A DNA stretch of 64,000 bases, from the NCBI GenBank assembly GCA_029781935.1, contig JAKOVT010000470.1:22247-86246 (forward strand), written 5' to 3'. Shown piece by piece: positions 8,190 through 17,134 of the stretch (position 1 is its first letter; each line of letters begins with the position of its first letter). Source of the DNA: Actinomycetes bacterium. GTDB taxonomy: Bacteria > Actinomycetota > Actinomycetes > S36-B12 > CAIYMF01. The notes beneath the pieces were generated by a model. The model made no database searches. It had not been told where the DNA came from and saw only the letters and a list, made by a program, of their open reading frames with translations. The translations under genes and the position numbers were made by a program.

Positions 8190-8447
8190 CTACTCGCCTA
8201 TCCGGCGCGACAGGGTGAGGACCACGGGTGCGCCGCGCGATCCGCAGCTGCTGACCGCGCATCCTCCGCACGCGTCGTCGGGGCAGTCGGTCGCCAGCGG
8301 CGACGAGTCCACCAGTCGCAGCGCGACGAGCTGGTCGAGGGCTACCCGGACGAGATCGGGCTCGAGACCGGTGCGCGCGGACAGGTCGTCGACGGTGCGC
8401 GCCCCGGCGGCGAAGGCGTCGAGGACCGAGCGCAGCGACGATCTCAT
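8190..8447 (-). CDS. feoC: FeoC-like winged-helix Fe-S protein
   Basis: HTH followed by CPDDACGGCAVSSC; overlaps the feoB stop. Confidence 0.75.
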   Translation of the reverse strand: MRSSLRSVLDAFAAGARTVDDLSARTGLEPDLVRVALDQLVALRLVDSSPLATDCPDDACGGCAVSSCGSRGAPVVLTLSRRIGE

Positions 8448-10381
8448 GACAGCGCGCTCCCCACCTGGAAGACCGCGACGGCCAGGCACCAGGCGACCAC
8501 GAGCTGCACCGCGACGCCGGTGAGGGTCCAGCGCAGCCCGATCTCGCGTCTTTGGGCGGCCAGGGTGGCGACGCACGGCGTGTAGGCGAGCAGGAACACC
8601 AGGAACGCGAGCACGGCGGGGATGGTCTGGCCGCCCGACGACTCGGTGAAGCTGGCGCGCAGCGCGTCGCCGAGGGCCCCCGGGTCGTCGGCGGCCTGCG
8701 GCTCGGCGGTGGCGAAGGTCTGCGCCCACGAGGAGATGACCGCTTCCTTCGCCACGAAGCCGACCATGAGGGCGCTGGTGGCCTCCCAGCTGCCGAAGCC
8801 CGCCGGCTCGAACACCGGCGCGATGGCGGACGCCGTGGTGGCGTAGACGCTGTCCTGCACGGGAACGTCGCCGAAGCTGCCCGCGCGGCCGGGCGCCGGG
8901 ATCGCGCTGAGCGCCCAGACCACCACGACGGTCGCGACGATGATGCCGCTGGCCGTCCGCAGGAAACCGCGCAACCGGCGCCAGGTGCTCGTGGCGACGA
9001 GGCGGGGCATCGGCAGCTGGTAGGGCGGGAGGTCGAGCACCAGCGGGTCGTTGCCGAGGCTGCGGATGAGGGTGCCGCGCAGCAGCAGGCCGACGAGCAC
9101 CACCAGCACGATCGACACGACGTACATCGCGAACACGACGGTGCCCGCACGGTCGCCGAAGAACGTCGTCGCGACGAGCACGTAGACGGTGAGCCGGGCG
9201 CTGCAGGAGGTGAAGGGGACGAGCAGCGCTGTGAGCAGCCGGTGCCGCGCGTCGGGCAGGACGCGGGTGCCGCTGATGGCCGGGACGTTGCAGCCGAAGC
9301 CGACGACGAGCGGCAGGAACGCGCGACCGGGCAGGCCGATCGATCGCATCACGCGGTCGGTGACGACGGCGGCTCGCGCGAGGTAGCCGGAGTCCTCGAG
9401 CAGCGAGAGGAAGGCGAACATCACCGCCATCAGGGGCACGAAGGTGAGCAGCATCCCCACGCCGGCGATGAGTCCGCTGACGACGAAGCCCTCGACCCAG
9501 GTGCTCTCGAGGTGCAGCGCGGCGAGGACCGCCGTCGCGGCGTCGCTGACCGGTCCGGTGAAGAAGGCGTCGAGCGCCTCCTGCAGCGGTGCCGCCAGCG
9601 TCGTCGTCGCCTGGAAGAGCAGCCACATCACGCCGAGGAACAGCAGCGGGCCGAGGACCGGTGCGGTGGTCGCGCGGTCCAGCCGGTCCGACCAGGTGGA
9701 GCGGGCCGAGCTGCGCGTGGTGGCGGCGGCCACGACGTCGGTGACCCACGCGAACCGCTCCTCGGCGGCGTCGAGGTCGTCGGCGGGCACGAGCTCCGCT
9801 GTACCCCGTGCGGGCTGGCCGAGCGTGGTCGTCACCGCCGCGGTGAGGTCGTCGTGCCCGTGCCGACGGCGGGGGTCGACGCCGACGACGGGGCTGCCGG
9901 TAGCGCCCGCGAGCGCCTCGAGGTCGACGTCGATGCCGCGACGGCGCGCGACGTCGAGCATCGACACGGCGACGAGGGTGCGGACCCCCAGCTCGCGCAC
10001 CTGGCGCAGCAGGTAGACGCCGCGGGCGAGGTGGACGGCGGACATCACCACGACCACGAGGTCCGGTCGCTCGTCGGCCGGCTGCTCGACGAGCAGCTCG
10101 CGGGTGAGCTCCTCGTCGGGGGAGAGCGGGTCGAGGCTGACCGCGCCCGGAAGGTCGACGAGCACGACGTCGCCCAGGTCGGGGTGCCGCCACAGGGTCC
10201 GGCCGACGGCCACGGTCGTCCCCGGCCAGTTGCCGACGTCGCGACCCTCCCCGGTGAGCCCGTTGAAGAGCGTGGACTTGCCGACGTTGGGGTTGCCCAC
10301 CAGCGCCACCACGGGCGTCCCCGCCGCTGCGTCGACACCGACGGCGTCGGAGTGGCAGGAGGCGACCTCGCGCGGGCTCAC
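8444..10381 (-). CDS. feoB: Ferrous iron transport protein B
   Basis: GNPNVGKST, NWPGTTV, DLPG G-domain; LEDSGYLAR, GFGCNVPA, YTPCVAT. Confidence 0.96.
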   Translation of the reverse strand: MSPREVASCHSDAVGVDAAAGTPVVALVGNPNVGKSTLFNGLTGEGRDVGNWPGTTVAVGRTLWRHPDLGDVVLVDLPGAVSLDPLSPDEELTRELLVEQPADERPDLVVVVMSAVHLARGVYLLRQVRELGVRTLVAVSMLDVARRRGIDVDLEALAGATGSPVVGVDPRRRHGHDDLTAAVTTTLGQPARGTAELVPADDLDAAEERFAWVTDVVAAATTRSSARSTWSDRLDRATTAPVLGPLLFLGVMWLLFQATTTLAAPLQEALDAFFTGPVSDAATAVLAALHLESTWVEGFVVSGLIAGVGMLLTFVPLMAVMFAFLSLLEDSGYLARAAVVTDRVMRSIGLPGRAFLPLVVGFGCNVPAISGTRVLPDARHRLLTALLVPFTSCSARLTVYVLVATTFFGDRAGTVVFAMYVVSIVLVVLVGLLLRGTLIRSLGNDPLVLDLPPYQLPMPRLVATSTWRRLRGFLRTASGIIVATVVVVWALSAIPAPGRAGSFGDVPVQDSVYATTASAIAPVFEPAGFGSWEATSALMVGFVAKEAVISSWAQTFATAEPQAADDPGALGDALRASFTESSGGQTIPAVLAFLVFLLAYTPCVATLAAQRREIGLRWTLTGVAVQLVVAWCLAVAVFQVGSALS

Positions 10382-10599
10382 GGCGCCACCACCTCGATGC
10401 GGCGCAGCACGGTGCGGGCCAGCGCCACGCGCGTGTCGTCGATCGCCACGACGCGGCCGCCGCCGGAGGTGCCGTGCAGGGCCGTCACGGTGCGGCCGGC
10501 GCGGACGCCGAGCTCGGCGAGGCGGCGCACCAGCGCGGGCTCGAGGTCGGCGCGCGTCACCTGGACGGGCACGCCCACGGGGGCCTGGTCGAGCGTCAC
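10378..10599 (-). CDS. feoA: Ferrous iron transport protein A
   Basis: RRLAELGVRAG...VALAR SH3-like motif directly upstream of feoB. Confidence 0.88.
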   Translation of the reverse strand: MTLDQAPVGVPVQVTRADLEPALVRRLAELGVRAGRTVTALHGTSGGGRVVAIDDTRVALARTVLRRIEVVAP

Positions 10600-10618
10600 G
10601 GAAGCACCGTAGCGGCAT

Positions 10619-10637
10619 CCAGATAAGGGTTGCCTAA
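10619..10637 (-). promoter_or_regulatory. DtxR/IdeR iron box upstream of feoA
   Basis: TTAGGCAACCCTTATCTGG (minus), 14/19 match to TWAGGTWAGSCTWACCTWA. Confidence 0.7.
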
Positions 10638-10690
10638 CCAGCGGCGGCATCCGCCCTGTCGGACGCGTCACAGGAAGCGGCGTTCCGCCC

Positions 10691-12127
10691 TCAGGCCTCG
10701 AGCACCCGGGTGCGCCGGTCGACGTAGTCGCGCAGCTCGGAATCCACGGCGTCGTCGATGCCCGGGTCGGCGTAGGAGTCGAGCAGCCGCTTCCAGGCGT
10801 CGGTGGCGAGCTCGGGCGTCTCGGGCGCTCCGGCCTTCTGCCAGGTCGGGTAGGCCTGCGACCGGAACAGCGGGCTCATGAACGCGTCGGTGCGGAACCG
10901 CTCGAGCGTGTGCTCGTGGGCGAGGAAGAGGCCGCCAGGGCCGACCTCGGCGAGCGCGTCGAACGCGAGGTTGTCGTCGTCGACAGCGATGCCCTGGCGC
11001 AGCCGCTCGAACATCCGCAGCGTCTCGAGGTCGAGCGCGAGCTTCTCGTACGACGCGGTGAGCCCGCCCTCGAGCCACCCGGCCGAGTGGAGCACCAGGT
11101 CGCACCCGGCGAGGTAGGTCGCCCAGAGCGACATGGCGGTCTCGGTCGCGACCTGGGCGTCGAGGGCGATGCCGGAGCACAGCCCGCCGCCGCCGCGCAG
11201 CGGCAGCCGGTAGCGACGGGCGATCTGCGCTCCGGCGAGCGTGGCGAGCACCGACTCCGGCAGGCCGAGCGAGGGGCCGCCGCTGCGCATGTCGACGCCG
11301 TTGAAGAAGCAGCCCAGGATGCACGGCGTGCCCGGGCGCACGAGCTGCGCCATCGCGACGCCGGCGAGGGTCTCGGCGACGAGGAGCGAGAGGCCCCCGG
11401 CGAGGGTGACGGGAGCGGAGGCGCCGGCGAGCAGGAACGGCGTGATCGCCACGGGCTGCCCGGCCTCGGCGCACGCCACGAGCGTGGTCACCATCAGGCC
11501 GTCCCACACCAGCGGGCTGTTGGGGTTCACGATCCCGATCACCATCGGGTCGGCGACCAGAGCGTCGCGGCCGCCGCGCGCGATCGCCGCGAGCTCGAAG
11601 GCGTCGGCGGCCTTCTCGCCGCTGGTGCCGTAGACGATGAACGGCTTGTCGCTCCAGCGCAGGATCGAGTAGTCCATCTCGAGGTGTCGGCTGGTGTGGT
11701 CGAGATCCTGCGCTTCGACGGTGCCGCTCTGCAGGACGGTGAGCAGGTCGGCCGCGTGCGCGAGCTTCACGAGCTCGACGTGGTCGGCCATCGTGCCGTC
11801 GCGGCGTCCGCGGTCGCGGTCGGAGACGAACGGCGACCCGCCGACGGGCGAGTGGGCGAGCGAGCCGCCGCCGAGGGCGACGGACCGCTGCGGGTCGCGC
11901 CCCGTGACGGTGACCGACTCGGGAGCGAGGGCGAGCTGGGCCATGACGAAGTCGGGATCCCAGTGCACGCGCGTGCCGTCGACGCGCTGGCCGGCCGCGC
12001 CGAGCCGGCGCAGCATGTCGTCGTCGTGCACCTCCGTCCCGATCTCGACGAGGATCCGCATGGCCTGGGCGTGGATGCGGTCGAGGCCGTCGTCGTCGAG
12101 CAGCGCGGTGCCGATTCCGGCCGCCAT
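10691..12127 (-). CDS. MttB/MtgB-family (trimethylamine/glycine betaine:corrinoid) methyltransferase, non-pyrrolysine
   Basis: NPNSPLVWD, GASAPVTLAG, HSAGWLEGGLTASYEK, VGPGGLFLAHEHT; no in-frame TAG. Confidence 0.9.
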   Translation of the reverse strand: MAAGIGTALLDDDGLDRIHAQAMRILVEIGTEVHDDDMLRRLGAAGQRVDGTRVHWDPDFVMAQLALAPESVTVTGRDPQRSVALGGGSLAHSPVGGSPFVSDRDRGRRDGTMADHVELVKLAHAADLLTVLQSGTVEAQDLDHTSRHLEMDYSILRWSDKPFIVYGTSGEKAADAFELAAIARGGRDALVADPMVIGIVNPNSPLVWDGLMVTTLVACAEAGQPVAITPFLLAGASAPVTLAGGLSLLVAETLAGVAMAQLVRPGTPCILGCFFNGVDMRSGGPSLGLPESVLATLAGAQIARRYRLPLRGGGGLCSGIALDAQVATETAMSLWATYLAGCDLVLHSAGWLEGGLTASYEKLALDLETLRMFERLRQGIAVDDDNLAFDALAEVGPGGLFLAHEHTLERFRTDAFMSPLFRSQAYPTWQKAGAPETPELATDAWKRLLDSYADPGIDDAVDSELRDYVDRRTRVLEA

Positions 12128-12213
12128 GTCCCACCTCCCGCCCCGGAACCCGTTCGCCGCGGATGCTGCGCGATCCCGGAGGTGCGTGCCACCATAGCCG
12201 CCGAGCCCGCTTC

Positions 12214-12229
12214 CTGACTCCTGAGTCAG
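12214..12229. promoter_or_regulatory. Palindromic operator CTGACTC-CT-GAGTCAG in the divergent promoter region
   Basis: Perfect 7-2-7 inverted repeat between the MttB and GcvT-family genes. Confidence 0.5.
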
Positions 12230-12269
12230 TACGCGCGTCGCGGCGGGCCCTGTCGGGGAGGATCACGGA

Positions 12270-14687
12270 GTGAGCGAGTCGTACCGCGTCGTCGTCATCG
12301 GTGGGGGCATCACCGGCACGAGCCTGCTCTACCACCTGACCCTCAAGGGGTGGACCGACGTCGCCCTGGTCGAACGCACCGAGCTCACGGCCGGGTCGAG
12401 CTGGCACGCGGCCGGCGGGTTCCACGCGATCAACAACGACGCGCACGTGGCGGCCCTGCAGAGCTACACGATCTCGATGTATCCGAAGGTCGCGGCCGAG
12501 AGCGGTGTCGAGATCGGGATGAAGCTGTCCGGCGGTATCGAGCTGGCCTGCTCTCCGGAGCGCATGCAGTGGCTCGAGGCCGAGGTCGCGTGGCACGACA
12601 TGATGGGCCACGAGGGCGTGCGCCTCGTCGACGTCGACGAGATCGTCGACCTGGTGCCGATCGTGAACCCCGACGGCGTCGTCGGCGGGCTGTTCGACCC
12701 CGACGAGGGCAACCTCGACCCGAACGGCGCGGTCTACGCGTACGCAGGCGCCGCGAAGAAGCGCGGCGCCACGGTGATCACCCACAACCGGGTCACGGCG
12801 ATCACGCGCACGCCCGAGGGCTGGCGCCTCGACACCGAGCAGGAGCCGATCTTCTGCGAGCACGTGGTGAACGCGGGCGGGCTCTGGGCGCGCAAGGTGG
12901 GGCGGATGGTCGGCCTCGACCACCCCGTCACCCCGATCCTGCACGAGTACCTCGTCACCGAGGACATCCCCGAGATCGCCTCGTACGTCGGGGCGATGCC
13001 GGCCGTCACCGACCTCGAGGGCTGGACCTATCTGCAGCGCGAGCAGAACGGCGCGCTGCTCGGCGTGTACGAGGCGAACCCGCTGCACTGGAAGCCCGAG
13101 GGCGCCGACTGGGACTTCGGCATGACGCTCCTGCCGCCCGACCTCGACCGCATCTCCGACGAGCTCGAGATCGGGTTCCGCCGGTTCCCGTCGCTGGAGA
13201 AGGCGGGGATCAAGCGGTTCGTGCACGGCGCGTTCACCATCACGCCCGACGGCAACCCGATCGTCGGACCGGTGCGCGGCCTTCCCGGCTACTGGGCGGC
13301 CTGCGGGGTGATGGCCGGCTTCTCGCAGGGCGCGGCCGTCGGTCTGGCGCTGTCGAACTGGATCGTCGACGGCGACCCGGGCGACGACGTCTACGCGATG
13401 GACGTCGCGCGGTACGGCGCCTGGGCGAGCAACGACGACTACCTGCTCGCCACCACGCGGCAGTTCTACGCCCGCCGCTTCCTGACGACCTACCCGCACG
13501 AGCAGCTGCCTGCCGGTCGTCCGCTCGTGGTCACGCCGGCGTACGGCGAGCTCAAGGCTGCCGGCGCGCAGTTCGGGGCGACGTGGGCGCTGGAGGTGCC
13601 GCAGTTCTACACGCCCGGCGAGCCCGGGTTCGTGCACGAGCCGTCGCTGCACCGCGACAACGCCTTCCCGCACGTCGCCGCCGAGGTCGAGGCTGTGCGC
13701 ACGGCGGTCGGCGCGTACGAGACGGGTGTCTACTCGCGCTACGAGGTGACCGGGCCCGGCGCGCGCGAGTGGCTCGACCACCTGCTCGCCGGTCGGATCC
13801 CGAAGGTCGGCCGGATGGGCCTGACGCCGATGCTGCACCCGAAGGGCACGCTCATGGGCGACCTCTCGGTGACCACGCTCGCCGAGGACCGGTTCTGGCT
13901 GATCGGGTCGTACTACCTGCAGGAGTGGCACCAGCGCTGGTTCGCCGAGTCGCTGCCCGAGTCGGGCGTGACGATCGAGAACCTGTCCGGGCGCTGGCTC
14001 GGCTTCGCGCTCTCGGGGCCGCGAAGCCGCGACCTGGTGTCGCGCCTGACGAGCGAGGACGTGTCCGCCGAGGCGTTCCCGTTCATGGCCGCGCGCATGG
14101 TGCCGATGGGCGACTTCGAGGCGCTGCTCGCGCGGGTGTCGCTCGCCGGCGAGCTCGGGTTCGAGATCACGGTGCCCTCGACGAGGCACGAGGCGCTGTG
14201 GCGCTCGCTCGCGTCGGCGGGCGCCGACCTCGGGCTGCGCCCGGTGGGCGACCTGGCGATCGACAGCCTGCGCATCGAGAAGGGCTACGGCATCTGGTCG
14301 GCGGAGTTCACCCAGGCGTACACGCCCGGCGAGACGGGGCTCGACCGCTTCATCGCGTGGGACAAGGGCGACTTCGTCGGCCGCGACGCCGCGCTCGCGG
14401 AGCGCTCGACCGGGCCCGCGCGGCGCCTCGTCACGCTCGACCTCGGCGACATCGACTCCGACGCGCACGGCGACGAGCCGGTGTGGCTCGGCGCGAAGGT
14501 CGTCGGTCTCGTGACGTCGGGCTCCTACGGCCACCACGTCGGGTCGTCGTTGGCGCTGGCACTCGTCGACACGGCCGTCGTCGAGAGCGGGAGCGACGTC
14601 GAGGTGTCGGTGATCGGCGAGCGCCGCCCCGCGCGGGTGCTCACCGAACCGGCGTACGACCCCTCCGGCTCTCGCATGCGTCTCTGA
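12270..14687 (+). CDS. GcvT-family FAD-dependent oxidoreductase (dimethylglycine/sarcosine dehydrogenase-like)
   Basis: VVIGGGITG, LTAGSSWHAAG, TPDGNPIVG, SLRIEKGY, YDPSGSRMR. Confidence 0.92.
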   Translation: MSESYRVVVIGGGITGTSLLYHLTLKGWTDVALVERTELTAGSSWHAAGGFHAINNDAHVAALQSYTISMYPKVAAESGVEIGMKLSGGIELACSPERMQWLEAEVAWHDMMGHEGVRLVDVDEIVDLVPIVNPDGVVGGLFDPDEGNLDPNGAVYAYAGAAKKRGATVITHNRVTAITRTPEGWRLDTEQEPIFCEHVVNAGGLWARKVGRMVGLDHPVTPILHEYLVTEDIPEIASYVGAMPAVTDLEGWTYLQREQNGALLGVYEANPLHWKPEGADWDFGMTLLPPDLDRISDELEIGFRRFPSLEKAGIKRFVHGAFTITPDGNPIVGPVRGLPGYWAACGVMAGFSQGAAVGLALSNWIVDGDPGDDVYAMDVARYGAWASNDDYLLATTRQFYARRFLTTYPHEQLPAGRPLVVTPAYGELKAAGAQFGATWALEVPQFYTPGEPGFVHEPSLHRDNAFPHVAAEVEAVRTAVGAYETGVYSRYEVTGPGAREWLDHLLAGRIPKVGRMGLTPMLHPKGTLMGDLSVTTLAEDRFWLIGSYYLQEWHQRWFAESLPESGVTIENLSGRWLGFALSGPRSRDLVSRLTSEDVSAEAFPFMAARMVPMGDFEALLARVSLAGELGFEITVPSTRHEALWRSLASAGADLGLRPVGDLAIDSLRIEKGYGIWSAEFTQAYTPGETGLDRFIAWDKGDFVGRDAALAERSTGPARRLVTLDLGDIDSDAHGDEPVWLGAKVVGLVTSGSYGHHVGSSLALALVDTAVVESGSDVEVSVIGERRPARVLTEPAYDPSGSRMRL

Positions 14688-14690
14688 CCC

Positions 14691-14732
14691 CCCGTAGTTC
14701 TCCAAACATGATCATGTTCGGGGAACTACGGG
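14691..14732. repeat. 42-bp near-perfect loopless palindrome (REP-like or bidirectional terminator)
   Basis: CCCGTAGTTCTCCAAACATGATCATGTTCGGGGAACTACGGG between convergent genes. Confidence 0.7.
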
Positions 14733-14799
14733 TCCGAGGCTTCAGCCTCCGAGGCGTCAGCCTCCGAGGTGTCAGACTCCGAGGCGTCAGCCGCCGAGG
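14733..14799. repeat. 15-bp tandem repeat (TCCGAGGCGTCAGCC, about 4.5 copies)
   Basis: Visible directly; the last copy includes the stop codon of the GAP gene. Confidence 0.8.
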
Positions 14800-15458
14800 C
14801 CCTGGGACACGAGCAGGACGCCGAACACGAGCAGCAGCACGGCCATCACCGCGTCGTTGTGCGTCTTGAGCCAGCCCTGCATCGTCTCGAGGCTGCGCTG
14901 CGCCTTCTCGCCGCCGACCAGGCGGTAGACGACGGCCGCGGCCACGCTGAGGCTCGCGACGACGACGAAGGCGACGATGCCGACGACGACCGCGTCGGAC
15001 GGGGCACCGAGCGTGGCGAGGCTGGTCATCGCGCCGAGCCCGAGCGCGAGGTTCTTCGGGTTCACCGACGAGAGCAGCAGCGCGAGGCCGAACGCCTTGC
15101 CGGGCGCGAGCTGGTCGATGTCGGCCATCCAGCGCGGCATCTCGTCGACGTGGTCGGGCTCGGTGGCCTTGCGCCACTTGCGGAACGCGAGGACGAGCAG
15201 GACGACGCCGAGCGCCACCCGCCACCAGGTGACCTCGGTGCTCGACGCGTCGCTGCCGTCGCCCCAGCCGAGCAGCGAGGCGGCGCCGTACCCGACCACC
15301 GCGAGCAGCGACAGACCCATGACCCAACCGACGAGGAACGCCGGACCGTTCGACGTCGCGCGCTTCGTGAACAGCATGAGGATCACCGCGACGATCGGGA
15401 TCGGGCTCACCATGATGCCCACCGCGAACGGGAGGATCGACGCGATCGCCTGGGTCAT
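14787..15458 (-). CDS. GAP/SfLAP-family membrane protein
   Basis: AVGIMVSPIPIVAVILML, NGPAFLVGW, MPRW, VNPKNL, GWLKTHN. Confidence 0.85.
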   Translation of the reverse strand: MTQAIASILPFAVGIMVSPIPIVAVILMLFTKRATSNGPAFLVGWVMGLSLLAVVGYGAASLLGWGDGSDASSTEVTWWRVALGVVLLVLAFRKWRKATEPDHVDEMPRWMADIDQLAPGKAFGLALLLSSVNPKNLALGLGAMTSLATLGAPSDAVVVGIVAFVVVASLSVAAAVVYRLVGGEKAQRSLETMQGWLKTHNDAVMAVLLLVFGVLLVSQGLGG

Positions 15459-15520
15459 GGTCCGACCCTCTCATCCCGCCGAGCGGACGACGGGCAGGTT
15501 CGGCCCCTCGCATCCCCCGA

Positions 15521-15730
15521 GATGCCATCGCCCCCCAGAGATGCCATCGCACACGCCCCGGAATGCCATCGCACTCCCGGGATGCCATCGCACACGCCCC
15601 GGAATGCCATCGCACACGCCCCGGAATGCCATCGCACTCCCGGGATTGCCGTCGCGTTTCCGGACATGCCATCGCATCGCAGGAGATACCGTCGCACCCC
15701 GGGAATGCCCTCGCGTCTCCGGGAATGCGA
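15521..15730. repeat. Minisatellite, about 10.5 units of 19-22 bp with core ATGCCATCGC
   Basis: Cores at about 15522, 15541, 15563, 15582, 15604, 15626, 15646, 15666, 15686, 15705 and 15725 (partial). Confidence 0.85.
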
Positions 15731-15819
15731 GGGCATGCGTGGTGGCGCGACGCGCACGGGCGATCCACGATGGCGGCGTGAGCCGTGGACCGGAGGGACG
15801 CAGCGACGATCGGGCCGGG

Positions 15820-16416
15820 ATGGTGCGGGCAGCCGGGTCGTGGGAGGACTGGGACCCGTGGACGCCGAGCGAGGCCGCGGACCGGCTGGCGGGTCTCGAC
15901 GTGCCGTGGTGCGTGACGGCGGGCTGGGCGATCGACCTGTTCCTCGGCCGGCGTACGCGTCATCACGAGGACCTCGAGATCGCGATGCCCGACACGGCGT
16001 GGCCGGTGGTTCGCGAGCGGCTGGCAGACCTGGAGTTCGTCGTGGCTGGCGACGGTCTCTGGGAGCTCAGCGACGCGGCGCTGGAGCACAACTTCCAGAC
16101 CTGGGGCCGCGACAGCACCGGCGCCTTCCGCGTCGACTTCTTCCGCGACGTCCACGACGGCGGCACCTGGATCTGCAAGCGCGACACGAGCATCCGCCGC
16201 CCGTACGCCGACGTCGTCCGCACGACGGACGACGGCATCCCGTTCATGTCGCCCGAGATCGTGCTGCTCTTCAAGGCCAAGCACGCCGGTGCCAAGGATG
16301 TCGCCGACCTCGAGAACTGCCTGCCGCTGCTGACCGCAGACGAGCGCGCGTGGCTCGTCGACGGCCTCGAGCGCATCCACCCCGGCCACGCCTGGCTCGC
16401 CCGCATCGCCACGTGA
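15820..16416 (+). CDS. Nucleotidyltransferase (ANT(2'')/Lnu-like)
   Basis: PWCVTAGWAIDLFLGRRTRHHEDLEI...PEIVLLFKAK...KDVAD; start is 15778 or 15820. Confidence 0.75.
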   Translation: MVRAAGSWEDWDPWTPSEAADRLAGLDVPWCVTAGWAIDLFLGRRTRHHEDLEIAMPDTAWPVVRERLADLEFVVAGDGLWELSDAALEHNFQTWGRDSTGAFRVDFFRDVHDGGTWICKRDTSIRRPYADVVRTTDDGIPFMSPEIVLLFKAKHAGAKDVADLENCLPLLTADERAWLVDGLERIHPGHAWLARIAT

Positions 16417-16449
16417 GCAGGAACGCGCGCCCTGCGACGCGTTCCTGCT
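16416..16449. terminator. Hairpin between convergent genes
   Basis: 12-bp stem AGCAGGAACGCG / CGCGTTCCTGCT. Confidence 0.6.
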
Positions 16450-16466
16450 GAGGATGGGGGACCGGG

Positions 16467-17042
16467 TCAGTGCAGGGCGGTGTCGGCGGGGCCGGTGGTC
16501 CAGGACGCGAACCGGACCGTGAGGCCGGTGCGGGACGGAGCGCACACCATGGGGCCGGCGGCCCAGGGCAGTGCCGGGTCGAGGGGCGCGAGGCGGACGA
16601 GGCGCCACGGCTCCTCGTCGACGCGGGCGCGCACGGTGAGCGCGTCGCCGGAGCGGCTGGCGCGCACGGTCACCCGTCGCCCGACCCAGTCGACGACCCC
16701 GGTCGACCAGTCGGAGACGACGTCGGTGACCACGGCGCCGAGCTGCGCGGCACCGTCGGCGTACTCGACCCCGGCCTTCACCCAGTGCTCGGCGTCGGCC
16801 CGCACGAGGATCCCCGCCTGGTCGAACTGCTCGGTCAGGTCGGCCACGAACGACACCTCCACGGCGCTGCGGTCCGGGAACGGCGCGAGCAGGCCGTGGC
16901 CGTCGTCGTGGACGAAGCCGTACGACGTCGTCCGCCAGAAGTCGCTCGCCTCGCGGGCCGTCACCAGCAGGTCGGATCCGTCGCGGGCGACGGCGGCCGG
17001 TGGCGTCGTCCAGACGCCGGCGCCCCAGTCGTGGAGGTCCAT
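16467..17042 (-). CDS. DUF1349-family (concanavalin-like) protein
   Basis: SDFWRTTSYGFVHDDGH, FDQAG, WVKAGVEY, SDWS, GPMVCAP. Confidence 0.88.
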   Translation of the reverse strand: MDLHDWGAGVWTTPPAAVARDGSDLLVTAREASDFWRTTSYGFVHDDGHGLLAPFPDRSAVEVSFVADLTEQFDQAGILVRADAEHWVKAGVEYADGAAQLGAVVTDVVSDWSTGVVDWVGRRVTVRASRSGDALTVRARVDEEPWRLVRLAPLDPALPWAAGPMVCAPSRTGLTVRFASWTTGPADTALH

Positions 17043-17134
17043 GCCCCGACCCTGGCAGAGCGGACCTGGGAACGCTTGCATCCGAGCGCCGGACCCCCTC
17101 CCCTCGACCCCCTGCCGAGGGGCACAATGCGCTC

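Noticed and set aside
10691-12127. Pyrrolysine-containing MttB
   Set aside because: Uninterrupted ORF with no in-frame TAG and no pyl genes
15521-15730. Possible CRISPR array
   Set aside because: The period is only 19-22 bp, the intervening sequences repeat each other, and no cas genes are present
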